Assembly (NCBI GenBank): GCA_963786955.1
Contig: CAWBAT010000005.1
Span: 1,664,001-1,728,000 of the forward strand
DNA: 64,000 nucleotides
DNA from: an uncultured Acidimicrobiia bacterium
GTDB taxonomy: Bacteria; Acidobacteriota; Terriglobia; Versatilivoradales; Versatilivoraceae
Reading direction: 5' to 3'
Part shown: piece by piece, positions 63,238-64,000 of the stretch
Layout of the letters: each line of letters begins with the position of its first letter
Position numbering within the stretch: position 1 is the first letter of the stretch
Notes under the pieces: generated by a model
Told to the model about the DNA's origin: nothing
Seen by the model: only the letters and a program-made list of their open reading frames with translations
Databases searched by the model: none
Made by a program: the position numbers and the translations under genes

Positions 63238-64000
63238 CTACTGCCCTTTTGTGATAGTTTCCTTCAAATTCAGATTTTTGATGAGGCGATGCAGGTAATT
63301 GACGTGCATTCCAAGGCGCCTTGCCGCCTCAACGTAGTTCCCGGTTGCCTGGTCAAGCGCCCGCAGAATCAGTTGTCTTTTCGCATCAATAATTGCCTCA
63401 TAATATGTTGACACAGAAATTCCTGTGCGCGGCCGCGTATCAAGCACTGCTTCGGGCAAATCTTCCGGCAAAATGAGGTCGGACGAACCCAATACTACGG
63501 CGCGTTCAATGGCGTTTCCCAGCTCGCGGATATTGCCTGGCCAGTCGTAGGCCAGCAAACACGCCCGTGCTTCGTCAGAAACCCCTATGAGCCTCCTTTT
63601 GGACTTCGCACTATATATCATGGCGAAGTAGTTCGCCAGGAGCGGGATATCTTCGCGACGTTCCCTCAATGGCGGCATTGCCAGAGAGACCACGTTGAGC
63701 CGGTAATAAAGGTCCTTGCGAAAATCTCCTGTCTGGATGGCTTCCCCCAAATCCTTATTGGTCGCCGCAATTAACCGGATGTTCACCTTGATAGGGCACG
63801 TACCCCCCACCCTTTCGAACTCGTGTTCTTGCAAGACGCGCAGTAATTTGGCCTGAATTGTCGGAGCGAGTTCCCCCATCTCGTCCAGAAAAACCGTGCC
63901 GCCGTCGGCCACTTCCAATTTGCCCTTCTTTTGGGCGACGGCGCCCGTGAAAGCTCCCTTCTCGTGTCCGAACAGTTCGCTTTCTAAGATATTCTCGATT
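63238..64000 (-). CDS. sigma54-dependent Fis-family activator (5' end outside the window)
   Basis: [38 protein letters not shown]-terminal HTH. Confidence 0.95.
   Translation of the reverse strand, partial: IENILESELFGHEKGAFTGAVAQKKGKLEVADGGTVFLDEMGELAPTIQAKLLRVLQEHEFERVGGTCPIKVNIRLIAATNKDLGEAIQTGDFRKDLYYRLNVVSLAMPPLRERREDIPLLANYFAMIYSAKSKRRLIGVSDEARACLLAYDWPGNIRELGNAIERAVVLGSSDLILPEDLPEAVLDTRPRTGISVSTYYEAIIDAKRQLILRALDQATGNYVEAARRLGMHVNYLHRLIKNLNLKETITKGQ

Overview
A 64-kb bacterial chromosomal window, most likely from an Acidobacteriota genome (inferred from the carboxypeptidase-domain TonB receptor and the kinase-TolB fusion). From left to right it contains: (1) a stress/osmoprotection block with a cyclic beta-1,2-glucan synthase running off the left edge, groES-groEL, glgC and a four-gene envelope operon divergent from an XRE regulator. 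The groESL leader and the XRE-divergent leader are homologous and share a 26-bp palindrome over the -10 box; there is no CIRCE element. (2) A cassette-like stretch at 14.5-17.1 kb with two toxin-antitoxin-type pairs, a methyltransferase, REP-doublet repeats and attC-like sites. (3) Sugar catabolism and redox genes: dhaKL, SDR, glycoside hydrolases (GH51, GH127, GH32, one unassigned), an SSS transporter, and an ApbE / NapC-FGE fusion / Tat Gfo-Idh-MocA module. (4) A tightly coupled operon at 36.1-44.6 kb behind a sigma54-type promoter. It joins two beta-propeller proteins and a NapGH-like module to a membrane-anchored HydABC/Stn-type putative electron-bifurcating NAD(P)H oxidoreductase, and is the best candidate for an undescribed system. 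(5) A SNF2 helicase, HigBA, a lipoprotein RNase-A-like toxin with an immunity gene, a TonB receptor, a Ser/Thr kinase and a partial sigma54 activator. Intergenic regions hold several distinct MITE-like elements that enclose REP-type hairpins. Several long genes carry 1-bp frameshifts, probably assembly indels. No rRNA, tRNA or CRISPR array was seen. All family assignments are from motif recognition by eye; no searches were run.
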